From Mediterraneibacter gnavus (GTDB lineage Bacteria > Pseudomonadota > Alphaproteobacteria > RF32 > CAG-239): a DNA stretch of 56,579 nucleotides. Positions 8,585 through 18,402 of this stretch are shown one piece after another (within the stretch, counting starts at the first letter, position 1; each line of letters starts with the position of its first letter). The position numbers and the translations under genes were made by a program. Where the stretch lies: positions 1 to 56,579 of the forward strand of contig CAVEOB010000004.1 in NCBI GenBank assembly GCA_963617265.1. The letters are read 5' to 3'. A model generated the notes under the pieces. That model was not told the DNA's origin. It made no database searches and saw only the letters and a list, made by a program, of their open reading frames with translations.

Positions 8585-11020
8585 TTATAAGCAACCGTGC
8601 GTTTCTTTAGCATAGTGAGCATAGTCTTTATAGTATTGACGAAGGCTCTCTTCCACTAAATAATTCACTGTTCCTTTTGGATAATTTCCTTTGTTATCAG
8701 GTTTTCCAGCCTTAACTCCGGTCAAGATTTCAATACCATCGTCTACTGTATCAATAGCATAAATGGTGAAACGCCCGTCTTCCACCGCCTGTACCACATC
8801 GGAGCGCAGCATTAAATTGTCGACATTGGTACGCGGAATAATAACGCCTTGCTTGCCGGTTAAACCATTATGAACGCAAACGTCAAAGAAACCTTCAATT
8901 TTTTCGTTTACGCCGCCGATTGGCTGAATTTCGCCAAACTGGTTGATTGAGCCGGTTACGGCAATATTCTGTTTTATCGGCAGGTTAGCAATTGCCGACA
9001 GCAGGCAGTAATATTCGGTAGAAGAAGCGCTGTCGCCGTCAACTCCGCCGTATGACTGTTCAAACACAATTGATGCCGACAAAGAAAGCGGAGAATGTTT
9101 GGCAAAGCGGTTGGCTATCAGCGATTTCAAAATCAGCACGCCTTTAGTGTGGATTGGTCCGCTCATAGAAATCTCACGTTCAATATCAATGAAATCGCCT
9201 TTACCGATACGCACCTGCGTGGTAATGCGCGCCGGCTTACCGAACGAGTAACGAGAAAAATCATAAACCACCAAGCCATTGATTTGTCCGACGTGTTCGC
9301 CTTTGACGTCCATTAAAATCGTGCCCTTGTCAATTTCTTCGAGCATGGCTTTTTTAATGCGGTCAGAACGGTAAATCTGCGCCTCTATAGCCTGGTCAAT
9401 ATGGTTTTTGCCAATTTGCTTGGAATTGGAAACTCTCGCCCAATAATCTGCCTCGCGCAGCAAATCGCCGATAGAAGAAATATGCGCGGTCAATTTGCCA
9501 GCGTCATCAGCCAAGCGTGAAGCATATTCAATAACTCTTGCCACAGCTTGACGATTGAGCGAACGCAGCTGTTTCTTTTTAGAAAGTGAGCCGATAAGTT
9601 TGGCATATTCCACCTCGTTTTCGGCATTTCTATCCATAATCATACCAAAATCCGCCTCAACTTTGAAAAAGTCGCGAAAATCCGGATCTCTTTCGCTCAA
9701 AAGCTCATAGATTTCAAAATCACCGGTCAGCACAACTTTTATATCCAAAGGAATCGGCTCGGGGTCAAGAGATATGGTTGTAAAGCTGGTTTCTTCCGAC
9801 GGAGCCTCAATCTTTACGCGCTTTGAGGCAATTGCTCGTTTCAAAGAATCCCAAGCAAAAGGCTGTTCCAAAACTTTGCGGGCATCAAGCAGCAAAAAGC
9901 CACCGTTAGCTTGGTGCAAAGCACCTGCTTTTATCAATGTAAAGTCTGTAAGCAGTGCGCCGTATTGCTGAATACGCTCAACCTTGCCGACCAAATTGCC
10001 CTGCGTCGGATAGTCGACAGTAATAATCGGAGCGCCGGAATCCGGAACATTCTTGACAATTACATTAACCTTAAATTTGGCAAACTTATCTTCTTCCGGC
10101 TGTTTCATTTTGCTTAAAAGCAGCTGCAGCGGATCTTCCTCAGCACCAGCGACGGCAGCTTGCTTGTCACTGTCGGTCGGCACAAAATCATCAATATTAT
10201 CCAAGATATTGTCTTGAATTTGCTTCAAAAATCTAGACGGCTGCTGGCTTTTATATTTTTTGCGCAAGGCATCAATCGGATCTTTTACGGCTGAACGCAC
10301 AAATTTTTCACGCAAAATTGTAATCTCGCGCTTTTGCTTTTCTTCCCAGCGCGGCAAATCCTGCGTGGCGTTTTCAATTTCTTCCTGCATGGCGTTCAAG
10401 TCGTCCATTACAAGTTTCTTTTCTTCTTCCGGAAGCTGCTCAAACGCATCAGGGCTCAAAACTTCGCCGTCTTTCATTGGAGCTACGACCAGCCCCATTT
10501 GCATATGCAGCAGCGATACGCGCTTGCCTTTAGCTTTTTTCTGCAGAACATTTATATATTCTTCTTTTTTAGCCTTATATTTTTGACGGATAATACCAAG
10601 CGCCGCCTTATATTCTTCGGACTCGATAATTTCCGGCAGCGAATCTGCCAGCTCTTCTAAAAGCTCGTCAACGTCTTTGGCGAACTCTGTCGCCTGTCCC
10701 GCCGGAAAGCTCATAGCTATCGGCTTATACGGCTCTTCAAAATTATAAACATACGCCCAATCATCAGGAGTTTTGCGGTTTTTGGCTTCTTTTTCCAAAA
10801 TACGCTTTACCAAACTGGTTTTACCGGTTCCCTCTGGTCCCAAACAAAACAGATTATAACCGCGGGATTTGATATGAATACCCAGCTCCACCGCGTGAAT
10901 CGCCCTATCCTGCCCCAAAGCGGACAAACGCTCTTCTAAATCGGCAGTAGAATTAAAATCAAACTTTGAAGGGTCGCATTTACGGTAAAGTTTATCGGAA
11001 GTTAATTTTGTAATAGCCAT
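8585..11020 (-). CDS. Lon-like AAA+ ATP-dependent protease (LonB/COG1067-type)
   Basis: 811 aa with Walker A GPEGTGKTS near the N-terminus. C-terminal Lon proteolytic domain has the Ser context GGVDGDSASS and a downstream Lys. No LonA-type N-domain. Confidence 0.82.
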   Translation of the reverse strand: MAITKLTSDKLYRKCDPSKFDFNSTADLEERLSALGQDRAIHAVELGIHIKSRGYNLFCLGPEGTGKTSLVKRILEKEAKNRKTPDDWAYVYNFEEPYKPIAMSFPAGQATEFAKDVDELLEELADSLPEIIESEEYKAALGIIRQKYKAKKEEYINVLQKKAKGKRVSLLHMQMGLVVAPMKDGEVLSPDAFEQLPEEEKKLVMDDLNAMQEEIENATQDLPRWEEKQKREITILREKFVRSAVKDPIDALRKKYKSQQPSRFLKQIQDNILDNIDDFVPTDSDKQAAVAGAEEDPLQLLLSKMKQPEEDKFAKFKVNVIVKNVPDSGAPIITVDYPTQGNLVGKVERIQQYGALLTDFTLIKAGALHQANGGFLLLDARKVLEQPFAWDSLKRAIASKRVKIEAPSEETSFTTISLDPEPIPLDIKVVLTGDFEIYELLSERDPDFRDFFKVEADFGMIMDRNAENEVEYAKLIGSLSKKKQLRSLNRQAVARVIEYASRLADDAGKLTAHISSIGDLLREADYWARVSNSKQIGKNHIDQAIEAQIYRSDRIKKAMLEEIDKGTILMDVKGEHVGQINGLVVYDFSRYSFGKPARITTQVRIGKGDFIDIEREISMSGPIHTKGVLILKSLIANRFAKHSPLSLSASIVFEQSYGGVDGDSASSTEYYCLLSAIANLPIKQNIAVTGSINQFGEIQPIGGVNEKIEGFFDVCVHNGLTGKQGVIIPRTNVDNLMLRSDVVQAVEDGRFTIYAIDTVDDGIEILTGVKAGKPDNKGNYPKGTVNYLVEESLRQYYKDYAHYAKETHGCL

Positions 11021-11086
11021 TTTAAATTTTCCTTTATGATTTAATGTTATAGGGATATTAACCTTAAAATTGCTAATAGAGAGTAA

Positions 11087-12562
11087 ATGTTGGAAAAATA
11101 TTTTGTTTTAGGCATTTTTGCCGTATTGTTGTTATGCATAGCCCTATTGTTCGGCAGCATTGTCGTTTGCCTGCGTCTGCACCATTTAAAAAAACTGGCG
11201 CTGCTGAATATTTTACGGCGGCAGCAGCTGATGCTGGGGCAACGCTATTTTTCAACATATCTCATAAATTCGGCGGTTAACCGCTTGTTTTGGCGTTTTT
11301 CCAAAAAATCAAGCGCCGCTCTTGCCGATTTAGCCGGCGGACGCACCGCAAAAGCCGTCGCCTATTTTTCGAACAAAGACAAACCACTGGCTTTATTATT
11401 AAGTGCTCACAGCGATGAATTGTCTCCCGTTTATCAAAAACTATACCGCGTCCGCAAAAAGCTGAAAGCTCCCTATAAAATCGCCGCCGCAGGCATTGCG
11501 CATATTTTATTTGCCGACCAAAGCCTGACTTTTTGGCTGAAGCAATTAAAAAAACAGCATTTATCGCCGGCGCTGCAAGCCGAAAAATCATATATTTCCG
11601 CCATTACCTATTTACAAGAGGGCGACATGCTTTCCGCCTCGGAACACGCCTCGACAGCCTTAAAAATATTCAAAAAAAAGCGCTATATTTTTGAAGAAGC
11701 AAAAACTTATCTGCTGCTTGCCGAAATTTACCGCATAAGCTGCGTTAATGATATTGCTCAAACCATGCTGGAATCTGCCTTAAAGATTTTTCAAGAAGCC
11801 AAACTTCCGCTTTTTCAGGCTCAAACCACCGCGCTTTTGGGAATGCTCATGCTGTTTGAAAATCGTTTTAAAGAAGCTGAAGACAAATTTGCAAAAGCTT
11901 TGGCTATTCATCAAGACAAACTGCTGAAGGCTGATATTTTTAACCAAATTGCACTTTTAAAGCTTGCCAACAAAGATGAAAAAAACGCCTTAAAAACCGC
12001 TAAAACCGCATTAAAATTGCATAAACAAGCCCAAAATAACCGCGGTATTGCTTTTAGCCGGCAGCTCATCGGACATTTTTTGCTAAACTTGAAATTTCCG
12101 CAGAAAGCTGCCGCAGAAGCGCAGAAGGCCGCTCAAATTTACCAAAAGCAACAAAATTTTTCTGCCTATGCCGAATCACTTTATTTACAGGCTCGAGCTT
12201 TGTGCAAGCAAGAACAATATGACAAAGCGGAAAAAATTTTACGGCAGATTTTAGATGAAAGCGAGCTGCACAGTTTAAATTTTCATACAGCAAACGCCTA
12301 TAGCCTGCTGGGATTGATATATTTGCAAAAACACGATTTGTCACGCGCCAAAGCGCTGCTGCAGCAGTCTTTGCACTTGGAGCAGAATCATAACCGCTGC
12401 AGCGGACTTGCCGCCGATTATGCAAACCTCGCTTTGATAGAAAATTTATCCGGAGACTTCAACGCCGCCGCCGAAAGTCAAAAAATAGCGTTGGAATATG
12501 CACTTAAAACAGAAGACAACGATTTGATTGAACTTATTAAAAACGCGGAAAATCACAAATAA
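11087..12562 (+). CDS. Membrane-anchored tetratricopeptide (TPR) repeat protein
   Basis: N-terminal TM helix, then repeated ~34-aa Ala/Leu/Tyr-rich units (e.g. AKTYLLLAEIYRISC, ANAYSLLGLIYLQKHD). Confidence 0.6.
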   Translation: MLEKYFVLGIFAVLLLCIALLFGSIVVCLRLHHLKKLALLNILRRQQLMLGQRYFSTYLINSAVNRLFWRFSKKSSAALADLAGGRTAKAVAYFSNKDKPLALLLSAHSDELSPVYQKLYRVRKKLKAPYKIAAAGIAHILFADQSLTFWLKQLKKQHLSPALQAEKSYISAITYLQEGDMLSASEHASTALKIFKKKRYIFEEAKTYLLLAEIYRISCVNDIAQTMLESALKIFQEAKLPLFQAQTTALLGMLMLFENRFKEAEDKFAKALAIHQDKLLKADIFNQIALLKLANKDEKNALKTAKTALKLHKQAQNNRGIAFSRQLIGHFLLNLKFPQKAAAEAQKAAQIYQKQQNFSAYAESLYLQARALCKQEQYDKAEKILRQILDESELHSLNFHTANAYSLLGLIYLQKHDLSRAKALLQQSLHLEQNHNRCSGLAADYANLALIENLSGDFNAAAESQKIALEYALKTEDNDLIELIKNAENHK

Positions 12563-12660
12563 ATTCTTTACTTTACCTACCGCATTGTGTAGAGTGAAAG
12601 CGTTAGGTTGACAGTTTATTTATCTGTATACATTCAGCCGCTAAAAAAGGATATTAAACA

Positions 12661-14028
12661 ATGGTAGAGCAAAATCCCTTTTCTGATGATTCTTTAACCG
12701 GAAATTCCGATTTGGCTGATTTTATTGCCTTAGCGGCGGCTAAAATTGAAAAACTGCATAGCGCCGTAATTTATGAGTTTGGTCCCAACGGCGTTTATAT
12801 TATGGGGGCTTTTGTCTGCTTTCTAACAATAATTCTGCTGATTTACATTAAATCCGTTATTGATACTTTCTGCATTGCCGATGGGGAATCTGACGATGCC
12901 GGACTTTTTTATACGCAAGACAATCAACCAGCCGGAAACCTACATTCCGCCTTGGCTGACGAAGCGGAAGAACTTATGGAAAATGAAAAGCCGCGGCTGA
13001 CCATAGATGCTGATTTTCAGGCTTTGAGCGAAAAAGACAAGCTGGAAAAAGAAAAAGAAATTTCTAGGGTTTTGGTGCAATCTTCCGCTGTTACCGACGA
13101 TATATTGCAGCTGAAAGCCAAATTAAAAGAACAGGCTGAAAAAAATTCTTTCAAACCTTTAGATTGGCAGAAAAATGATTTGCCGCAGCATGAACAGCTG
13201 GCTGACGACACCGCCTTGAATTATGAACAGCAAAAAGAATCGATGAACGAGCTTATAAGCTTAATTATAAATATGCTGAGTCGCGAAGTTTCACCGGAAA
13301 AAATTGCCCAAGCCGTATATTACCGCAATCACGGTGAAACCGAAAAAGAAGAAATTTTGCAAACAATAAGCGCAGTCAGAGATTTTATCAGCCTCTGCAC
13401 TACCGGAAAATTTAATAATTTACCAGCGCGGAACGAGCTTCCGAGCGATGAAGAGGCAATTTTAGCCTGGGCGCACGGCGACAACACATATTGCCTTAAC
13501 CTTTTGGAAAATTTGATTAAACAGCAAATAGACAGCGCCGAATCTAAAGATAAATTAGTAAAAGACATCGCTTATGCGCAGGCGTCTTCCTATGCTTGTC
13601 TATTTGGCACAATTGCTGGCGCCGACAATTTGGATCTAGCGCAAAATTCTTTTGAGCTGGCGCTGGAATTGGCTCCGAAAAGCATAAACGCCTGGAGCCG
13701 CTGCGGCGATATTTACTGGCAGCAAAAAGATTATGACAAAGCCGTGTACGCTTATCAAACCGTGGTTGAAGGCGATGACATTCTGTATGCCCAGCAAATT
13801 GCCAATGCTCAGCACAAACTAGCGCTTTATTATGCTCAAAGCGGTAAAAACGACACGGCTGAAAATTTGGAGCAAGACAGCCTAAATTATTATCAAAACT
13901 ATGGAATTAACACTGCTTTAAGTGAGCAAGAAAACGAAAACTTAAACTATATTGCCGATTATCAACAGCAAAACCTGCGTCCGTCCGTTATTAAACTGCT
14001 GCAAAACAAACAGGCTCAATATGCATAG
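12661..14028 (+). CDS. Membrane protein with C-terminal TPR-like repeats
   Basis: One TM helix (YIMGAFVCFLTIILLIYI), an acidic coiled region and TPR-like units near the C-terminus (AWSRCGDIYWQQKDYDKAVYAYQ). Confidence 0.5.
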   Translation: MVEQNPFSDDSLTGNSDLADFIALAAAKIEKLHSAVIYEFGPNGVYIMGAFVCFLTIILLIYIKSVIDTFCIADGESDDAGLFYTQDNQPAGNLHSALADEAEELMENEKPRLTIDADFQALSEKDKLEKEKEISRVLVQSSAVTDDILQLKAKLKEQAEKNSFKPLDWQKNDLPQHEQLADDTALNYEQQKESMNELISLIINMLSREVSPEKIAQAVYYRNHGETEKEEILQTISAVRDFISLCTTGKFNNLPARNELPSDEEAILAWAHGDNTYCLNLLENLIKQQIDSAESKDKLVKDIAYAQASSYACLFGTIAGADNLDLAQNSFELALELAPKSINAWSRCGDIYWQQKDYDKAVYAYQTVVEGDDILYAQQIANAQHKLALYYAQSGKNDTAENLEQDSLNYYQNYGINTALSEQENENLNYIADYQQQNLRPSVIKLLQNKQAQYA

Positions 14029-14123
14029 TTTTTTGTTGATGAAAGTAATTAAACTTGAAGATAATAAATCTTAGTGTTATGAATGAATATAATTATTAAA
14101 AGATTTCAGCAAACGGAGGAAAT

Positions 14124-16283
14124 ATGAAAAATACCGGATTGATTGCATTGGTTGCCTTAGGCGTTATGCTGCTGGTTGCCGTAAAATTTAATTTGATGCC
14201 TAGCTTAAAAACATCATTATATGATGAAGACGGCTATGTTGATTCTTTAGAGACAAAACATGAAAATGGCGTGCAGAAAGATTATTATCAAAACGGCAAT
14301 ATTAAAACCGAAACTCCTTATAAAAACAACAAAATCGACGGCGTGCTGACCTCTTATTACGCCAATGGAAATGTTAAGTCGGAATCTAATTACGTTGCCG
14401 GAAATCAAGAAGGCGAAACTAAAACCTATTATAAAGACGGCGGATTAGAAAAAATTTACACTTACCGCAACGGACAGCTGAACGGACCGGTTAAAGCCTA
14501 TGATAAAAACGGCAAATTGGAATCTACCGCCGAATTTAAAAATAACGAGCAATTCGGCACCGAAACAGGCTATTACCCAAGCGGCAAAGTTAAATATGTG
14601 CTGAATATGAATGAAAACGGCAAAATCGACGGCAAACTCATTCAATATTTTGAAAACGGCAAAATTTCATCGGAAACTCCGTATACCAATGGTTCTGTAG
14701 AAGGAACCGAACAGGTTTATTATGAAAACGGCGAACTAAAAGAACTGAACAACTTTGTCAACAATCTGTATGACGGAGTGCAGAAAACCTATTTTGACAA
14801 CGGCGTTCTTTATGCCGAAGCAAACTATACTGCCGGCGTGCTGCAGGGCGTAACCAAAACTTATTATCCCAACAAGCAGCTGGAAGAATATTTGATCTTT
14901 GCCGACAATATGCGCAACGGCATTTATAAAAAATATTTTGATAACGGCAAATTGCAAAATGAAATCAACTTTAGCAATGACCAGCCAAATGGTTTGATGA
15001 AAACTTATTTCAGAAACGGCAATCTTTATTCGGAACTGCCGTATGTTGACGGTGTTATAGAAGGTCAGGCAAAAATGTATTATGAAAACGGCAAAAAGAA
15101 ATCCGTTGCCGATTTTGCCGATAACAAGCTGAACGGGCACGATGTCGGATTTTATCAGAATGGTAAAATGATGTATGACATCATGTATAAAGACGGCGTG
15201 ATGAACGGCAAGTCTGTTGAATATTTTGACAACGGAAATATAGCGCGCACCGCCAATTATTTAAACGGAGAATTGAACGGCGAAGTTATATCATATAACA
15301 AAAACGGCACAAAAGCCGCACAAACTTATATGACTAACGGCAAAATTTCGGGCAAAGTTATAACCTATAAAGCCGATGGCAAAACCGTTAATGAAGAGCT
15401 GAACTTTACCGACAACACCCTTAACGGAATTGTTAAAAAGAAAGATGCCTTCGGTAACACCGCGGTTGAAGCGTTGTTTAAAAATGGTCAGTTTGCCGGA
15501 ACAGAAACCGGCTATTATGAAAACGGCACGGTTAAATATGTGCTGAAAACAGAAAACGGCGAACTTTCGGGCAGCCAGCTGCAATATGATGCTAACGGCA
15601 AACCGAAAACCGACAATATGAACGGCACGCTTGAACTATTTTATGAAAGCGGCGCTAAAATGGCGGATATTCCTTATAAAAATGGTGTGCAAGACGGCGT
15701 GATTAAAACATATTTTGAAGATAACAAAGCTGTTAATGAAGTAACCGAAGTTAAAAACGGCAAACGCGACGGCAGCTATATTGAATATGACGCAAACGGC
15801 AAAAAAATTACCGATGCCACCTACAAAAACGGCGAACTTAACGGATATTTGCGGCTTTATTACGACAACGAACAGCTCATGGCTCAAGTTCCATATAAAA
15901 ACGGCGTTATAAGCGGCGAAGCTGCGGCGTTTGACCAACAAGGAAACAAAGTTTACAGCATGCGCTTTGCCGGCAACAAATTGGAAGGCGCCCGCACTGC
16001 CTACTATTCTGACGGCAAAGTAAAATATGTTAAAAACTACAAAGCCGGAATTTGGGACGGAAAATCATATAAAGAATATGATGAAAATGGTCAATTAACT
16101 TATGATGTAAGCGACGATGGTTTAAGCACTACTTATCGTAAAAACAATGGCTCCGGAACTATGGTTAAAATGTCGGACGCTGAGAAATCAGAATTACTGA
16201 AACGCATTGATAACCGCGAGGAAGAAAAACAAGATTTGAAAATGCTTTCTGACTTAAAACCTCAGGTGGAACCTCTGTTTTAG
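14124..16283 (+). CDS. MORN-repeat (YwqK-like) protein, membrane anchored
   Basis: 719 aa. N-terminal TM helix followed by more than 25 tandem ~23-aa units of the form YYxNGxxKxExxYxxGxxxG. Confidence 0.75.
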   Translation: MKNTGLIALVALGVMLLVAVKFNLMPSLKTSLYDEDGYVDSLETKHENGVQKDYYQNGNIKTETPYKNNKIDGVLTSYYANGNVKSESNYVAGNQEGETKTYYKDGGLEKIYTYRNGQLNGPVKAYDKNGKLESTAEFKNNEQFGTETGYYPSGKVKYVLNMNENGKIDGKLIQYFENGKISSETPYTNGSVEGTEQVYYENGELKELNNFVNNLYDGVQKTYFDNGVLYAEANYTAGVLQGVTKTYYPNKQLEEYLIFADNMRNGIYKKYFDNGKLQNEINFSNDQPNGLMKTYFRNGNLYSELPYVDGVIEGQAKMYYENGKKKSVADFADNKLNGHDVGFYQNGKMMYDIMYKDGVMNGKSVEYFDNGNIARTANYLNGELNGEVISYNKNGTKAAQTYMTNGKISGKVITYKADGKTVNEELNFTDNTLNGIVKKKDAFGNTAVEALFKNGQFAGTETGYYENGTVKYVLKTENGELSGSQLQYDANGKPKTDNMNGTLELFYESGAKMADIPYKNGVQDGVIKTYFEDNKAVNEVTEVKNGKRDGSYIEYDANGKKITDATYKNGELNGYLRLYYDNEQLMAQVPYKNGVISGEAAAFDQQGNKVYSMRFAGNKLEGARTAYYSDGKVKYVKNYKAGIWDGKSYKEYDENGQLTYDVSDDGLSTTYRKNNGSGTMVKMSDAEKSELLKRIDNREEEKQDLKMLSDLKPQVEPLF

Positions 16284-16292
16284 GAGCAAACT

Positions 16293-16502
16293 ATGATAGA
16301 TTTGGAAATAAATCAGCGTTTGATAGCTATTGAAATGACACTTGACAACCAACAAAAAGCTTTGGATGATTTAAGCGAAATGGTGGTTAAGCAAGGAAAA
16401 ATCATAGATACTTTGACAGCGCAGAATGCTTTGCTGAAAAGTATGCTGTCGCAGGATATTGTTAAACCGCAGAGCGAAGAAACACCTCCGCCGCACTATT
16501 AA
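16293..16502 (+). CDS. slyX: SlyX-family coiled-coil protein
   Basis: 69 aa. RLIAIEMTLDNQQKALDDLSEMVVKQGKIIDTL matches the SlyX pattern. Confidence 0.65.
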   Translation: MIDLEINQRLIAIEMTLDNQQKALDDLSEMVVKQGKIIDTLTAQNALLKSMLSQDIVKPQSEETPPPHY

Positions 16503-16514
16503 AGGAGAAATAAA

Positions 16515-17309
16515 ATGCGCGTTGTTATAAAACCTACATACGAAGATTTATCTTCTTGGGCGGCAGACTATGTCGTTTATAGAATCAACAAACACCGCCC
16601 TACCCCGAAAAAGCCGTTTGTTTTAGGCTTGCCGTCCGGCTCTACGCCGCTTGGTATGTTCAGCGTTTTAGCTAAATATTACAAAGAAGGCAAAATTTCA
16701 TTTGAAAACGTCATATTTTTCGGCACCTGCGAATATGTCGGCGTCGGCGCTGGCGATGAGCGCGGATTTCAGTATGCCTTGTGGGATAAATTTTTGAAAT
16801 TTGTAAATGTCAAAAAAGAACACGTGCATTTTTTAAATGGTCTAACCACAAACTTTTCTAAAGAATGTGCGACCTATGAAAAAGCCCTGAAAGACTGCGG
16901 CGGCGTAAACTTGTTCATCGGCGGCGTGGGCGAAGACGGTCATATAGCTTTAAATGAACCGTATTCTTCGCTAAACTCCCGCACTAGAGCCAAGCTTTTG
17001 GCTCCCAGCACTTTGCGCGCCAACTCCCGCTTTTTTGATAATGATGTGAGCAAAGTTCCGACCGTGGCGCTGACTATCGGTATTGAAACCATGATGGAAG
17101 CTGAAGAAGTTTTGATTTTAGCCAGCGGTGCTAAAAAGGCTCAAGCCGTGCAGCATGCGATTGAAGGCTATGTTTCTCATGTTTGGCCTATTACCGCTCT
17201 GCAGCACCACCAACACGGTATCATTGCCTGCGATAAAGCGGCAACCGAGCAGCTTTCGCAAGAAACAGTGCAATATTTTGCCGAATTGGAAAAAAATAAT
17301 TTTTCTTAA
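16515..17309 (+). CDS. nagB: Glucosamine-6-phosphate deaminase
   Basis: 264 aa with NagB/SugarP-isomerase features (VLGLPSGSTPLGMF, GVGEDGHIALNEP). Confidence 0.85.
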   Translation: MRVVIKPTYEDLSSWAADYVVYRINKHRPTPKKPFVLGLPSGSTPLGMFSVLAKYYKEGKISFENVIFFGTCEYVGVGAGDERGFQYALWDKFLKFVNVKKEHVHFLNGLTTNFSKECATYEKALKDCGGVNLFIGGVGEDGHIALNEPYSSLNSRTRAKLLAPSTLRANSRFFDNDVSKVPTVALTIGIETMMEAEEVLILASGAKKAQAVQHAIEGYVSHVWPITALQHHQHGIIACDKAATEQLSQETVQYFAELEKNNFS

Positions 17310-17331
17310 AGCTTTTAGTTCAGTATTTAAG

Positions 17332-17362
17332 CACCTCAGACATATTCAGTCTGAGGTGTTTT
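17332..17362 (+). terminator. Intrinsic terminator after nagB
   Basis: 10-bp stem CACCTCAGAC/GTCTGAGGTG followed by TTTT. Confidence 0.75.
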
Positions 17363-17364
17363 GC

Positions 17365-18402
17365 TTAACGTCCATTGGCCAACACCAGGATTAAATCGCA
17401 TCTTTGCTTGGAGCATACTCCGCATCTGGCAGCAATAACAGACAAATCAAACGGTTCACAGTGCATATCTTTGGCATAGTTGTCAGGAGCAGACTTTCCG
17501 CAAACAGTCAAAATACCGCCGCTTCGGCCGGTTATGCCCTCATTTAGCACAACAGCCCACGAATCGTCATATTCTGATTGTAAATAAAACATTTCTTTGC
17601 AAGTTTCTACCGCATTTGTATCCGGCAACGTCCAAAATCGTAAAAATAATCGTGACCCAATATTGCTGTTTGGTGGAGTAAAAGAATATATCTGCCAAGA
17701 ATTTCCAAACATATCTTTATTTTGCTCATCTAGCATATTTTGCGGAATAATTCCAATATCTTTATAAACATTCATCATCATTTGGTTATCGGTATTTGTA
17801 TAACTTTTTTCATTCATATACATAATCTTCAGATTTGATGTAAGAGTTACAATGTTTTCTTTCCAGCGATTTAATTTAAACTTCTGCATGGCTTTGGAGT
17901 AACCGGCAAGGCCACCGACACTCAGCACTGCGATTATTGCCAGCACGCCCAGCATTTCTATCATTGAACGGCCGTACTGCACTTGACTGTCAACATCATA
18001 CTTATCGCCACACTCCGCTGGCTGTGGCAGACGAGTATCCATGACTTTGTTGCTATAAGCAACGCTACTTTCTTCTCTCGCCACCAGAGAGAACATGCGT
18101 CCCCTGCACCAGTCATTCTCGGATTTATTCCGAGAATCTTCTCTCAACCAGTACTTATGCAACAATAAAGCTAATTTATTGACTAGGTTAGAGACTTGTT
18201 GCCAGAAGATTCTAGGCACGGGGCCTAGAATGACTGGTGCCAGAGGCGCGGGTTTTGTGCTTGTTGTAATGTTTTTGATACCCCTCACCCGACACTTTGT
18301 GTCGACCTCTCCCGCAAGGGGCGAGGTTACAGGATTACATCGCTTCGCTCGCACTAACGAGGGCGAGGTTTTAAATTTATCTGACTTTGAATTATTTTTC
18401 AT
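17365..18402 (-). CDS. Type IV pilin/pseudopilin-like protein with a 143-codon open 5' extension
   Basis: G-RSMIEMLGVLAIIAVLSVGG, with the Gly codon at 17973..17971, Glu at +5 and a hydrophobic helix, is a prepilin cleavage/methylation-type motif. C-terminal Cys pairs are present. The ATG at 18402 has AGGAAG 5 nt upstream. The mature part (17365..17970) is confident; translation of the extension is not. Confidence 0.6.
   Translation of the reverse strand: MKNNSKSDKFKTSPSLVRAKRCNPVTSPLAGEVDTKCRVRGIKNITTSTKPAPLAPVILGPVPRIFWQQVSNLVNKLALLLHKYWLREDSRNKSENDWCRGRMFSLVAREESSVAYSNKVMDTRLPQPAECGDKYDVDSQVQYGRSMIEMLGVLAIIAVLSVGGLAGYSKAMQKFKLNRWKENIVTLTSNLKIMYMNEKSYTNTDNQMMMNVYKDIGIIPQNMLDEQNKDMFGNSWQIYSFTPPNSNIGSRLFLRFWTLPDTNAVETCKEMFYLQSEYDDSWAVVLNEGITGRSGGILTVCGKSAPDNYAKDMHCEPFDLSVIAARCGVCSKQRCDLILVLANGR
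18107..18239. repeat. Inverted pair of REP-like hairpin modules inside the pilin-like 5' extension
   Basis: caccagtcattct-[cggatttattccg]-agaatcttc (18107-18141) and its inverse gaagattct-[aggcacggggcct]-agaatgactggtg (18205-18239). The arms are identical; the hairpin tops differ but both stay self-complementary. Confidence 0.8.

Noticed and set aside
8585-11020. The Lon-like protease as BrxL of a BREX defence system.
   Set aside because: No PglX/PglZ/BrxA-C-like genes, methyltransferase or phosphatase are adjacent. The neighbours are clpPX and repeat proteins.
14124-16283. Highly periodic DNA that could be mistaken for a CRISPR or tandem-repeat array.
   Set aside because: The periodicity is about 69 bp, imperfect and in frame. 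It encodes MORN repeats inside one long ORF, with no spacer-repeat structure.
18142-18204. The 63-bp segment between the inverted REP-like modules as an invertible coding shufflon or promoter.
   Set aside because: No promoter-like hexamers occur on either strand. My frame calculation shows inversion would place a TAA in the pilin reading frame. No recombinase is nearby. It is retained only as a structural repeat.
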